Positions 29,683 to 43,000 are shown, counted from the first letter of the stretch. The stretch: DNA of 64,000 nt from Lama guanicoe (GCA_013239625.1 MU054466.1:434001-498000); one strand, 5' to 3'. Made by a program: numbers and translations. The notes: generated by a model from the letters alone, not told the origin.

Positions 29683-31507
29683 ATGTGTCTCCTGCTCGGG
29701 GCCACGGGTGTCGGCAAGACGCTGTTGGTGAAACGCCTGCAGACTATCCTTCCGCGCCAGGCGGGCGGGGGAGGGGCTGGGGGACTCCGGGGGTAGCGCT
29801 GGTGGGAGCGGGGCAGGGGCCGCCCGGGGCTGGAAGCGTCAGGGCCACGGTCCACCTGGGGCGGGGGGCGCCCGGGGCAGGGTCGGGCCAGCGCTCCCTC
29901 CTCTGCCCGCCTCGGAGTCCTTGACCGCCTCGCACAGCTGAGCTCCCGGGATGGGAAGGGCGACCTGGGCGATCCTCCCCCGACGCGGCCCACGGTAGGT
30001 GCCCGCCCTTCTGCAACTTTGGGAGAAGTGAGTCCCCCTGTGCGGTTAGGAAAGCGCTTTGGGTTCTTTTAAGTGGAAGCTGGAGTCCGACGGTCGGTGT
30101 GTTCAGCACAGCCCTTGGGAGGTGGTGGATGTCACCGCAGGGAGTTTGGCTTCGACGGGACAGAGTCGCAGGGGATCCGGAGCCGCCCGCCTTTCACCAC
30201 CGTTCAGACTGCTTTTGCTGCTGGCCGCAGAGGGCGAATCCCGGTCGTGGGGTCCTGGACTTCTGGGAGCATCTTTAGGTCTCCTCTGTCACGGGTTCTG
30301 CCCTAGGGCCTGCGCACTCGAGATGGGGGTAACTCGCAGTGTAAAGGCTGGGCACGTTGCTATCCAGGAGTTCCCCGGGAAAACGCTTGTGTTGGCCTCT
30401 CTGCAGCCTGGTTTCTTCCACAGGTGGGCACCAACCTTACGGACATCGTGGCCCAGAGCAAGATCACCATCCGGGAGCTGGGGGGTTGCATGGGCCCCAT
30501 CTGGCCCAGTTACTATGGAAACTGTCGCTCTCTTCTAGTAAGTCGTCCTCTTTTGAACTTCCTTTGGGGAAGTATGTCTCCATTCCAGCATTTAATCCCC
30601 AATTTCTCTATTTTTGGGGTAGAGTTTGGGTTCCTGGGTGACTGTGCTAGTCAAGGAAACAGGGCCCAGGCTAGAGCTGCTTCCCTCTGGGGCTGCAGCC
30701 TGATCCTGCTCCCAAGCCAACATAAAAGCTCCAGGACGGCTTGTTGAGGTCAGTGTTCATTCTCTGTAGGTACCTGTGACGTCCACTCACTGCCTTGCTG
30801 CGGTGATTGTGTTTTTTCATTTTATGTTTAAATTATATATTCCCCTGGTTCGTCCCGTTCTGTCAAGACCTGTGCCCAAGATTCCAGGAGAAGTAACCTT
30901 CCTTGGAGAAGTAACGGCCCCACGAGTAGAGAGACTTCCGTGGAGGTGCAAACAAGCAAGCAACGCCATCCTCCTGCAGGGCTCGCTCCCCTCTGCTCCT
31001 GCCTGTCCCCAGCCAGGCCTGTGATTCCAGGAGAGGAGAGCCCGCTGCAGGAGCCTAATTAATCTCCACTTCCTCTTTCCCAGTTCATGATGGACGCCTC
31101 GAACCCCACGCAGCTCTCTGCCTCCTGCGTGCTGCTCCTGGGTCTCCTTTCAGCAGAAGAGCTTGCAGAAGCATCAGTTCTGATACTCTTCAATAAAATG
31201 TGCGTGTCCGTGAGCCGAGAGGGGTGCGGGGTGCCCCAGGGCGGAGCTCCCGTGGGGCAGCCGGGAGGGTGGCTTGTGGGGGGTTGGGGTGGGCTCCTGG
31301 CAGCCCACCCTGACGGGGCGCTTCTCTCACTCCAGTGACCTGCCCTGTTACATGACCACGGAGGAGATGAAGTCGTTGATCAGGCTCCCAGACCTCGTTG
31401 CTTGTGCCAAGCAGAATATCACCACAGCGGAAATCAGCGCCCGGAACGGCACTGGCTTGTTGGAAGTGCTGCGTTGGCTCCAGGACACCCACAGAGCTAA
31501 CGGTTGA
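29683..31507 (+). CDS. ARL16: ADP-ribosylation factor-like GTPase 16, 173 aa, 5 exons
   Basis: Exons: 29683-29743, 29936-29994, 30424-30537, 31084-31199, 31336-31507 (522 nt). MCLLLGATGVGKT (P-loop)...PTVGTN...RELGG...FNKIDLP...EISARNGTGL. Intron 1 is U12-type (see findings). Confidence 0.93.
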
Positions 31508-32089
31508 CTGCAGGGCGGAGGAGCTTGGCTGGCCTGCTCTGTGGCAAGAAGGCAGAGGCGGCACTGCCTGGCTTCTGCGGTCTGTTGCTTCCATAAGGGC
31601 AGGATGGCCCAGTGTGAGCCCCAGGAGATGTGCTGAGTGCACGCAGGTCACAGAGCCTGCTGACTCTGTCCTCTGGCTCCTGCGCTCAGAGAGGAGGACA
31701 GGCCTGCCCAGTGGCTTGTGTCCTCCTGCTATCCTGGGGTCTGTCCCCCTCTCCCTAGGGGATCTGCTCTGTCTACTGCGGTACAAGTTCCAGCCTGTTG
31801 AGTTTCAGATACACCAACAGTGGGATCCCTGCAGACAACAGGAGGGACACGAATCAAGTGTTATAGCAAGAACTAAGCTTTGAGCTGAAAACAGTAAATG
31901 TTCATTACCCAGAGGAGCCTGGAGGGCACAGGGTTCCCACAGGTAGTCCAGGGTGGGGAAGCCGTGGTGGAAGGTGCCGGCCAGCTTGTGGCCAGGCCCT
32001 CGGGCCACAGTTCCCCAGGATTCCACTGTGTCCTTTTGTCTCAGCCGAGGCCGCTTGCAGCAAAACACCCAGCTGTCGATGCATTTGTG

Positions 32090-32470
32090 TCCTAGGCCCT
32101 GTAACGGATTAGCACAAACTGTGGCTGTAGCCACATAAACTTAGGGTCACAGTGCTGGCCTGAAATGCAGGTATCAGCAGGCTTGGTTCCTGTCGGGGTC
32201 TCCGCGAGAGAATCCGTTCCTTGTCTCTTCTGGCTTCAGTGGCTGCTGGTGATGCTTGGTGTCTGGCTGGTGGCTTGCCAGGACTTGAATCTTTGCCTCT
32301 GTCTTCACATGGTCATCTCTCTTCTTATGAGGACGCCTGTCATTGGATTTGGGGCCCACTCGCAGTCCAGAGTGATCTCATCTCAGGATCTGTAATTACA
32401 CACGTAAAGACCCTTTTTCCACCTTTGAGTCTTCCGGGGGTTATGACTTGGATGTACCTTTTCAAGCCAT
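32090..32470 (-). mobile_element. MLT1-type (ERVL-MaLR) solo LTR
   Basis: Typical MLT1 text in reverse: gagaatccgttccttgtctctt...tgcctctgtcttcacatgg...tcttatgaggac...cattggatttggggcccac...gatctcatctc. Confidence 0.65.
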
Positions 32471-34699
32471 TGTTCAGCGTGCTGTGATCCTGTAAGATAC
32501 CCTCTGCTTCTGAGTGTGGTTGTGAGTTGTGTACAACAGCCTCTCCACCTCAGCTGGCAGGCTGGCTCGGTGGGCTGTGAAGGAACTCGGGGCTCTGCTG
32601 TCTCTCACCCTCCGTGCAGACCCCCAGCCCTGGCCCTCATCCTCCTCATGGCTTCCAGCTGGCCCCTTTGCAGGGGGAGCTCTGTTCCTGCAGAGGTTGT
32701 AAATGGTGCCCAAGCAAGCCCTACACATGCTGCAGGGCGACGCGGGCTCAAGTCTCTTCCCTCCCCAGCTGAAGTGGAAGGCCTCCGGTTGGGAAGGTTC
32801 CCGACTGCCTCTTGGCTGTCCACGGCCAGTGTCGCCGCCTCAGGCTCACTGTGCAAATCGCCCGTCCTGCTCCGCGGTCCCGCGTGCCACCAAGCAGCCG
32901 TGGGTGCCAGCGGTCTCCCTCCTGAGGCTGATCCATGGAGACTTTGGGGGACGCACGGTGACTGGCTGCCAGACATCCCCAATTCCAGGGCGCCAAGCAG
33001 AGCCTGGGCAAGACCTTAAAGTGTGGAACTACTAGGCGAGGCCGGAGCGGTGGTCAGAGCCCTGGCGGGGACACCCCATACCTGGCCCGGCGGGAGTGCT
33101 GGCCGCCAGAACGTGTGTTCCCTGGGCTCTGAGCCCACAGTTCTCACTGTCATCGTGTTGCGGGGCTTGTCACTCTCCCTGCAGGACCTGCCACCCCGCA
33201 CACACCCCACACTCTGCCCCGGTGGCAGGTGACCTTCTGAATGCTGGGGTCCCACTAGGCCCCCACCTCACCTCCCAAGGTTGGCTGCCAGAGGGGCGGC
33301 CCGCCCAGACTCAGTGTCCTTGTTCGTAGGGTCACCTGAATGGCTTGTTGCCGCAGGGGCTGGGCAGGCCCGGAACTGCTGGCTCCTGGACTCTGGCTGC
33401 CCCGAGCCCTCCTTCTGCCAAGCCTTCTGCAGGCCTTGCTTCCCACCGGCTTCCCTCCCAGCCAGCCCACCAGGTTGTCCCCATGCCCAGTCTGTTCAGC
33501 GGAGTCCCCAGACTGCTTTGGGGGTGCAGTAGGGGCCTCCCAGGTGGCAGCGAAGACCGCCTCCTGCTGGCCCTAGGCGCCAAGCAGGCGTGGAGCACAG
33601 TTTTCCATAGCAGGGGTGGCCAGAGCAGGAATCCAGACCAGAGGTACATAGCAGAGAACCTGTGTCCAGAGGGCCAGCCAAGGCCGAGAGGAGGGGGCTG
33701 CGCCAGCACCCATGGTGAGACAGACCTCCGGGGCGCAGAGATGACTGTCGAGCCACCACTTCGCCCAGGACGTGAGGTTGGTTACAGGCAGTCCAGCACA
33801 TTCTTTTCTTTTTTTCCCAGCACATTCTTAAGTGGAGGGTCGGGCTTTGTGCCTCTGCTCTGCCGTCTCCTGATGGAAGCTGAACTGGGTGCAGATGGCG
33901 GTGGGCTGCCCTTCTCTGTGGCCTCCCTGAGGCCCTGGATGCCACCGGGTGTGGCTTCACTTAGAGATGCCCAGATGCTTAAAAGTATACGAAACATAAA
34001 TGCTTATGACGTGTAGACAGGTCCTCTTATTTATATAAAACGTTTACATAAAATGTATATATTACTCGTATAAAATACAAGTATGTAACAGTATGTTAAA
34101 GATAATTCACTTGGTGGTTAAAAATGAGTGAAAGAAAAATCGAGTTTTTAAATATCAGTGATTTGAGACAGTTTAATGAACTGTCTACAGGGCCCTGCCC
34201 AAGTGACAGCAGAACCCAGCATCACCTCGTGCAGATCCAGGCAGCCCCGGGCGAAGAGGCTCCGCCTGTAGTCCCTGGCCGGCATGGGCTGCCGTAAACC
34301 ACGTCCACTGCCATCTGTGCATGGGACAGCTCTGAGCACCGCTGTCCGTTAGAGCGTTTCTCTGACACCGTCCCAGACACTGTAGCCTTCTTGGCGTTGA
34401 AGATCGTTTCACAGCCTTCAGCCGTCGGGGCGGCGTTAACTTGGGTCAGGGAGCAAGGCAGCAGACACCCCATGAGTGGAAGCTCCCTCATCCAAGGTCC
34501 CAGCAGCCCTCGTGGCAGGTGATCACAAGCTCTTGCCGTGAGCCCCAGTCCAGGCTCCGCCCGGGGCCAGCACCCCAGCTCCTACTGAGCCAGCCTCACT
34601 GGTCCCCACTTAGCATGTCCTGAAGGGCAGAGCTACACGCCCTGTTTTACAAGACCAGGTGTGAGAACGTCCTTCAGCCAGTCAGGCACAAGCTTCACC

Positions 34700-35330
34700 T
34701 TAGTTGATTGACTTAACTGTTGCCCCAAGCGGCTGCTGGTTGGGTTTCTCAGTGGTCTCTGCCTTCTGGCTTTTAAATTTCTCCAAAATGGGGTAAACAG
34801 AGTGGACTTGTTTGGGGCCCTTTAATGTTGGGGGCCAGCAGGTCCCTTTGGCTGCCCAGCCTAGGTAGCACTCTATAAAAATCTTTGCTTTAACCCTGTC
34901 AATGTCTGTTTTATTCATCACACTTCTTAACAACCGCCCAAACATTTCCATCCTGCTCCGAGTCCCACAACTTCCCTTCCCCACTCCTCCGTGCTTTGTT
35001 CCACCTCTCAGCATTTGCTTTGTCCGTCTCATTTCTCAACAGCCCTTTAAAATTTTCCACTGTGTTGAGACAAGTCCCTTGACTCTCCCCTGGGCCTCTC
35101 CATCCTCCTGTTAATGTACTGTTTTTATTAGCATCTGTGAGACCCAGGAGGGGAAGCTGAGACAGCAAATTCCTTAAGGCTTCCCAAACTGTTCTTCCAT
35201 TTTGCAACAAAAAGGGGGTGACCATGTGAAAGGAGCCCCTTAAACACAGCATTGACACTGTGACCCAGGTAACAGGCATGTCTGGCGGCTGAATATCCCG
35301 GGCATCACAAAGCCAGCCCCCTGGGCGGCA
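34700..35330 (-). mobile_element. Probable LTR-retroelement internal fragment
   Basis: AT-richer non-genic block beside the ERV remnants, with decayed ORF-like text. Family not determined. Confidence 0.3.
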
Positions 35331-35786
35331 CACAGTCTACCAGCAGCTCCACCTTGGCCGTGGCAGGTGGCGCCCACAGGGGAGTGATGTTTGGATATGA
35401 AACATAAACATGTATGTCATTGTTTCTGATTTTTCTTTTATGGCCACTGACCTCCCCCAATTAAAATCAGTTTTCCTAGGCCAAATGTTATAGGCTTTAA
35501 AAATTTCAAGAACATTTAATTTTTTGTTTTGTTGGCTTTTGAGGGTTTTATTTTCATTTCGTTTTTTGTATTTCTTTTTTGGTTCTCAGGCAAGTTTTTG
35601 CACTTTCCAGGATTCCCCACAGGACAGGATGCCCCCGGTGGCCTGGGTTTGGCTATGTTTCTGGCGGCACCCCCCCCAATTGGGTAAATGCTGACAGCAT
35701 GTAACGTCGCTGATGACACATGAGAAGTCGGGGACAGCTTTCATCGTCAGGGAGACCTGTTCTGCCCAGTGTCCCATAGGGTCAGG

Positions 35787-36343
35787 TGTTACCTGTGCTG
35801 AAAAACCAGCCACAAATCAGCTTCCCCCGACCCCTCTTCAGGTCAAATGTACTTGCTAGAGCAGCCCACAGAACTCAGGGAGGCATGTTCCTTACTAGAT
35901 CCCCGGTTCATTACAGAGCACGACTCAGCCAGGTGGAGGGATACACAGGGCAACACACAGCAACGGGGCAGAGCCCCAGGCCCTCTCCAGTGCACCCCTC
36001 TCCCCGGACCTCCATGTCCACCAACCCGGAGCTCTCCAAACCCTGTCCTTTAGGGTCTCATGATTGAGTAAACCACTAATCCGACCTCCAGGTCCACTCT
36101 CCTCCCTGGAGGCTGGGCGGTGGGGAGAAGCTGGGACTGGAAAGTTCAGACCCTCTAATCACCTGGTTGGTCCTCCTGGCAGCCAGCCCCCCATCCTTAG
36201 GTGGAGTCCAAAAGCAACCCATTCACCCAACAAGAGACACCTTTGTTGCTCCCATCACAGAAAATTCCAGGGGTTTTAGGAGCTCTGGGCCAGAAATGGG
36301 GATGAAAACCAAATATTTACCTACTATAAATCAGAATATCACA
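35787..36343. mobile_element. MER21-like LTR inserted into the ERV remnant
   Basis: TG...CA ends. Includes ttgctagagcagcccacagaactcaggga, ccctctaatcac..ggttgg and terminal aaatat...ataaatcagaatatcaca, which resemble MER21. Confidence 0.55.
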
Positions 36344-38060
36344 GGCCAACTCGACTGTTTTTCAGAATTCTGGTCTCCCAGTGGATATGGAACCCCCGGG
36401 GCAGCCTTCAACTCCACGTTCATTAACAAGGATCAGGACAGAACGGAAAACTAGGCGCACTCCAGACTTAGCTGTTCTGGCACACCAACTAGCCTGCACT
36501 CCAGACGATTCCACCAAGAAAACATCCAGCTTCCACAGAGTCCCCTCAGCAGTTCTCCCAGCCTGTCACTGCTGTACGAGGCCAGCACACTGGGAGAAAG
36601 ACTGCTAGAACCCAGGACGCTGCAGGCACCTTCAGTCACCCAATGTCCTCCCACCTCCCAGGGCCGGGACTCCAAGGAATGAGGAGCTTTTCCAAGCTCC
36701 CCTCTTCATCGGCTCCAAGAAACAACCCTCCAGACTGGGGATGAACTTCTCTCCGCCTCTGTGGGTCCTGATGCCATTCTCGGGGCTCAGCCCCCCTACT
36801 ATAGAACGGCCCTGCCTCGGAGCACAGAGACAATGCCAGCAGCTGGATCTCCAACCAAGCTCGGCAAGCCACGGACAAAGAGCCTGGATTGGCGACGCTC
36901 GGTGCCCTTCCCACAGGGCGAACAGGCCACGCCCTCCTGCCCAGACTGCGGGGGACGCGAGGGGCAGGTGGACGCGCTGCTGCTGTGAGTTTCAGCGACA
37001 GTGTGCAGACGTCCACGCTGCTTTCCCAGCAATGCATTCTCAGCAGATGACGTCAGATAAACATTATGCAGCATTGCTGGATCCGGGGTTGGTGTCCATA
37101 TATGTTTCCAAAATACAATCCAGAACAACAGTCCACACTGCTCCCTCCCAGGCACTCCAAGTCGCCTGGTGGGCCATTTGAGGTTTGGCAAGTGGGTTTC
37201 ACAGAGCTGCCCACCATCCCGTGGGTATAAGCATGTCTTGCCAGTGGTTGGCGTGTTTTCTCACTGAACGCTTTTCCATCTGAAGCTTTTCCAGAGACAG
37301 GCCACCGCCACCTCCGTGGCTAAGATCCCAAGGGAAAGGAACACTCACTGAGTTTCAGAGCTGTCAGGAAACGCACTATATCGGTCAAGTGTTTCAAGTC
37401 TATGTCGTTTGGCCAGCTCTCATCAAAACCCAACTGGCCTTTCCCGCTTGGGTCAGAGTAAGCGCCAATGAGCACGTCAGAAATCTCCCCCTAGCGTCAG
37501 GGAGCCGGCTGGCTCTGCAGCCAACAACCTGCACCCGACTCACTGGCTGACGCAGTTTCAGACACCCACGCAGCCCGACTTCCTGCCTGCCGAACAAGGG
37601 GGCATTTGCACAGTCGCAAACACCGCCCGGACAAACACCTTTGGAGAAGCAGAAACCGAGTTACACAAGATGACTCTCCCCGGTCCCGTGATTCGTCCAG
37701 CTGGCTACCTTCAGGTCCAGCGCCACGGTTTGGAACCATCACACAAATTGGGTGTCCTATTACTTTTCATTCTGCTTTGCCAAGTTATTTTAAAATTTTG
37801 TACCTGTTGCTTCTCAACCCCCTGCAGAAAGGACACGCTGAAGAGAGTGCCGGCTCGATGCCCTCAGATGGCTGCTGATGCTTGTACCTTCACAAGGCAG
37901 GACTCTAAGAGTGAAAGTTGCTGAAAGCCCCCTTTCTGCCTTCCTTGTTACTCAAACATGGCTTCATGTGGCTTCCAATCACCATGCACTTCCCTCTGAC
38001 GTGGGACATGCCATCCAGGAAAGGTCCTTCCTGGCGCTGAGGGACGAAACACAATTCCAC
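36344..38060 (+). mobile_element. Decayed ERV1 (gamma-like) internal region: gag nucleocapsid and integrase remnants
   Basis: CX2CX4HX4C knuckle CHCCTRPAHWEKDC at 36564-36605. Integrase-like GPFEVWQVGFTELP then, after a frameshift, GYKHVL and EAFP...ATA..VAK at about 37171-37325. Confidence 0.7.
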
Positions 38061-38413
38061 TAAAACTGATCAGGGATGCTCTCCAAGAAATATCTTGATC
38101 CAACGGGAGAAATGTGGAAACGAACGAAGGAAAGTTAAATCAGAATGGGGTCGGGAAGCCTCGAAGGGAGGGCTCTGGTGCCCCTCGCCACAGCCCACAG
38201 ACCCAGCAGCAAGAAAGCCAGCAACAAGCTGCCCGCTGACTGCAGCTGATGGAAAACCGCCACAGCCCTCCAACTTCCTCCAAAAGCCTAATAAAAGCTC
38301 ACCCTCCCTTTGTCTTCTCCAACTTGCCAGTTTGCTTGTTCCAAACTGCAATTTCTCTCATTCCAAACAGACTCATTTTGGCTAAAGATCTCATTTAATT
38401 TTTAAGGTCAACA
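38060..38413 (+). mobile_element. ERV1 LTR (MER34-like), probable 3' LTR of the remnant
   Basis: Contains cctaataaaagctcacc...ccaaactgcaatttctctcattccaaacagactcattttgg and ends tttaaggtcaaca. Confidence 0.5.
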
Positions 38414-38419
38414 CCCTTA

Positions 38420-38590
38420 ATCTGGGCTGGGCGTCGTGAATGGTTGATCCCACCTGGGCTCTGTCTCAGGGTAACCCTAGTCTGGGCTCCATTTCTGAGC
38501 AGTGACATCCAGCCTGGGGTCCAGCTCTAAAGTGCGACCCTGGCCTGGTGATGTCTCTAACAGTAAAGCCAGCCTGGGCTGAGCTGGCCA
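38420..38590. repeat. Degenerate ~30 bp tandem repeat
   Basis: CTGG(G) anchors at 38422, 38454, 38482, 38514, 38545 and 38574 with similar intervening text. Confidence 0.4.
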
Positions 38591-40010
38591 GTTTTAGGAA
38601 CACTCTTGCAGGGGCCTGAGGTGACATAATTCCCGTATTTCACGTAACCAGAGGCAAATTTCCCTCACCAAAACCTGCTTCCTCACCCCCACAACCACAG
38701 CACACCTGCAACGCATCCAGGAAGCAAAGGCATTTCTCAGCGACCCCCCTCACCCCTTGCTCTAGCTGCCCTGCCCACCTTGGAGCCCTAAAAAGGATGC
38801 CAGCACCGAGCAAGAGGTGTGCTGCCCACCCCAGCTGCCACGTGACGGGGGCGAGTCCTGGGCACTGCATGGTAGCCCCTGCCTGGCCACCCCAGGCAGG
38901 GGCCAGGACCACCTGCCACCAGGAAATACACCCCTGAGAGGGCGACAGTCCTGATTCTAGGCACCGCTTCACAAATTAAATCTTTGAATTAGAAAATAAA
39001 CTCCACTACATAGAACGCAAACTCGGGGAAGGGTAAGAGCCCACAGAGCTCCACACTCATCAGCGCCGTGGCCTGGCCCTGCCTCACCCAGCTGTCTGCG
39101 CCCCTCTGCCGGCCGGAGGAGCCCGAGCTGTTGCGAGCGGGGAGGGAGCCCGGGGGCTGTTCTTCTCCAGCGGGGGTATGCACAGCCCAACACCATCCCT
39201 CGATGCTGGACTGCCTGAAAGCCTCACCCCTGCTCTCTTGCCGGCACCCACATCTGGGCTGGATGCTGAGCCCAGGCGTGCCCTCCTCTGGCATCAGGGG
39301 GAGAAGCACACCTCAGCAGGCCCTGCCAAGGGCAGGGCCTCACGTGGCCCTCCAACCACAGGGAGTCCCAGGCCGGGCTCCCGTCCGCAAGGACGGGCCC
39401 GCCACCCTCCCCAGACCTCAGTGTGGCTGGCGTCAGTCTCCACACGGAACAAAAGCTGGTGTGGCTGCAGCTGCCTCCGCAGGGGCTGTGACGGTAGCGC
39501 CTGTGAGCAGGTGGAGGCGGGGCAGCTGCTGCCCCAGCCCCGTGTGTGCACGCTGCCTGCCTGGCCCGGCCCGGCCCTAGCCCAGCTGCTCTGCCAAGTC
39601 CAGCAGAGCCTTAGCTACTGATTTAGTCAGCCTGCATCAGCAGCGCCTACAGCTAACTGGCATTTAAGGGACAGGACTGTGGGACTAGTGCTCCCTAAAG
39701 TGGCCCTGAGTTGTCTCAGCCTGGACCTGTGTGTTCAGAACAAAGCTGTGAGCGATGCTAGGCTCAGGGGAACGATGCTGGCTACATTCCGCCTCAGCAC
39801 GGTCCCCACCTACAGGGGCTCAGGGGACAGACGACACCCGATGTGAGACATGGGCCCGACAGATGGCCACTCACGAAATAGGAATCTTTAGGGAGAAAAA
39901 AACTGGAGCCCTCTCCCCAGCTTGAGGGCCAGGATGTGTTCCAGGGAACGGACACTCGACCACAGGCACCTGCCCGTCTCGCCCGACCCAGGGGCAGCAG
40001 CTCTGGCCCC

Positions 40011-43000
40011 TCACCACTGCAGGCGTGTCTCTGGCGTCTTCCTGGAAGCGGGCCGGGGTGACCCCGATGGCTGAGGCCCCTGCTGCTGCCGCTGCAGCTG
40101 CTTTAGCGCCCTGTAGGCCTGCACGGCCCGCTTTCGCTCCTCCACCACGATCCGCTGCCGGGCTGGCGAGGTGCTCTGGGGCTGGGATGCGGTGCCAGGG
40201 CTCAGGAACTTCTCCAGCATCAGTGCTCTCCCGCCAGGCTGAGGAGCAGAGCCAGGGAAGTGGAGGCACAGCTGTGGGAGGGAGGGGAGACAGCAAAGAC
40301 CCTGAGCCCAGGGACAATGCGGTACAGGTCCTGTGTGCTCTGGGCCACGCAGCACTGGGGGGCAAACAGGCCAGCACCCTGCCCCTGCTTACCTGGCCCC
40401 TGCTCATGCTCATCCTGGGCTTGGCAGTCAGCTCCGGGGGCTGCAGCACCACCTCACCAAACTTCACCACATCTGGAGGGGCAGAGACAGCCACTGCAGT
40501 CCCGGCACCCGGCGCCACTGCCCGCCCAGCCACCAGCCCCGGGAGACACGGGCACCTGCGCCCCACCCCGGCCCCCAGAACCAGGGCTGACGACTGCCGC
40601 GGGAAGAGCACCTTGGAGCAGCTCCTGCTCCAGCCTCTCTGCGGCCTCTTCCTCCCTCCTCTGCCGGGCCTTCTCCAGCCGCCGCTGCTGGAACCTGGGA
40701 AGAGAGCAGGGCCGTTCACACTCCTCTCATCTCACTGGACTCAGGAGGAGGCAGAGATCACCCCCTGCCCACAAGGGACGCTCCACAGCAGAGCCCCGGT
40801 GGCACATGTGATGTGGCCCCTTAATGTGACTGGAATCAACGTTCAATGAGTTTTAGAGATCACTGTGGCTTTGGGTGGTACCCGGGATGCGTCTGCTGTG
40901 CTGGAGTTTTCATTGGCTAATATGACTACACGTATGATTCAGACACGGGGAGAATCCACAAAGCTGAAAACAATCCAGTGTTCACAAGTTTTACAGAAAT
41001 TTCTGGTGAAAGCTTGGTCTGGTTCATGTCAAAAGTTGCAGTGAGTGGGGGCGGGTAACAACTCAGTGGCAGAGCACACGCGTAACATGCAGGCAATCCT
41101 GGGCTCAATCCCGGGTACCTCCATCACAAAAAAAGAGAAAAAAATGTTGCAGGAAAGATAAAAATCCATCTCCAAAAGCACTTGTTTGCTGAGACCACCA
41201 CCCCAGCCGCCACCGGCAGGCTCAGGGAGGTGGAGACTGGGTTGAGGGCAGAGGTGGGCCAGGGAGCTGCAGCTCGCGGAGGGCTTCCTCCTGGTTCCGA
41301 TCTCCCGTGAGCCCCAAGATGCAGGTGCCAGTGTCTCCACTTCTCCCACCAGCTGAGTCTGAGAGGTCACAGAACTCGTGCAAATGACACAGCTATAGGC
41401 TTTCAAAGCTCTTTCAGGTGAAAGGTGAACCCTGGAAACCAACATCCCCCAGCGGCCAGCAGGCCCTCCTGGGAGGGCACCGAGCCCCACTTGCTACTGG
41501 TTCCCTGTACCCGACCTGCGTGGACAGCGGCCCTCGGCCCCTCTCAGCTCGTAGACCCCTGATGCTTTCCAGAGACAGGCACAGACAAAACCAGGCCTTC
41601 GGGGTTCCGTGGGTTCAGAGCCTTGCTGGAGCCGAGGTTAAGCAGGTCCCGTGCAGAGAGAAACACTGCCGACTGCCAGGTCTGTGCTTTCCCTGAATCA
41701 CATGGTGGGGGAGGGTGCCCACCCGCAACAAGATGCTGTCACTGCAGGAGACAGTCGTGCACGCGGCTGGACCCCCAACCTCTCCAGCCCCACTCACGCC
41801 TTCTTCCGCTCTGACTTCTCCTTCCGGGGAGCTGCCCGTGCCTCGGGCTGCCGGCTGGCCTGGTTCTTGCTGAGGAACAGCACATGCTGGGCCTCCTGCT
41901 CCATGCGCCGCACATAGGCGCCATCGGACTCCCACTTCCTCTGCGTGAACTTCGGGACGGCGATGTCCGGCTCCTCTCCCTTTGCTTCCTTCTCCAACGT
42001 CTTCCTAAAGGCCACCTGGGCTGAGGACACAGGGAGACTTCAGAAGGGCGGGTCGTAGGGGAGGAGGGAGCAGGTGGTGCCAGGCTGGCTGCCCAGGCTC
42101 ACCTCCCCTCCCGGGGCGACAGGAAGGGTAGACTAGGCTCAAGCAGGAGCTAAAAAGCATCCGAGCCGCCAGCCCGGGGCCCCCGACAGGTCATAGGTGT
42201 CCCCCGCAGCTCGGCTGGAAAAGGAAGCAAAAAACAACCTAAGTGTTCATCAATAGGTGGCTGAATGAGTGAATTCCCGTGTTCACCCAGAGACGTCACC
42301 GCTCCGCTGCAGGGCAGAGATGGGGAAGGGATGTGGAGAGATCTACAAAATCCACTGGAAGAGAAAACCTAGAACACCAAACAACGTACAGAACTAAGGT
42401 GCAGCTTTTACACAGTAAATGTGTGAAAATACACACTGTTTCCTCTGGGACGGCTCACAAGAAAACAGACGGGGAGGGAGCAAGACTCAGAGACGGGGCC
42501 GGAGGCTACCCCTCACCTCATACCGCTCAGAACTATTTAATTTTACCAAGTGTGTAAGCCTTTATCTTTTAAGTAACTTAACCAGGAAAACGGCTGATTC
42601 AGTAGAATGCGATTCAGAATGTCCCCCTCCCACCTGGGCCAGCGACCTCCTCTATCCCTCCCCATCCTCAACTCTTCATTTCACTATCCCTTTGGCAGCC
42701 ATCTAACCCTCAACGAAAAGCCTAAGGTTTACAGAGACATTACAAAACCCCATTGTTGCAAAATCAGCCCTACATTTGGGAAACAAACACCTATACATGT
42801 ACACAAAATGCAAACACGCTGGACTCCATTCCCCAGCAGCCAGGGTGTTACCCCTGGCAGAGGCCGACAGGTGGGCACCCTGCCTGGCCTTGGGGGAAGG
42901 GGGCACTTCTCAGGGCATCTGATCAATTCCCTCCGTAACCTCTGGAAACCATCCACTTCTCTCCACCATCGTTTCTGCCCTCTGGTCCATGGGACCACCA

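Noticed and set aside
33345-34016. 223-aa ORF between ARL16 and CCDC137
   Set aside because: TTG start, no domain features and composition typical of chance GC-rich ORFs.
38400-40010. Poly(A) signal for CCDC137 (and for ARL16 and OXLD1)
   Set aside because: No confident canonical hexamer found near these stops. Only AGTAAA variants were seen for ARL16 (31893) and OXLD1 (45649), so none was called.
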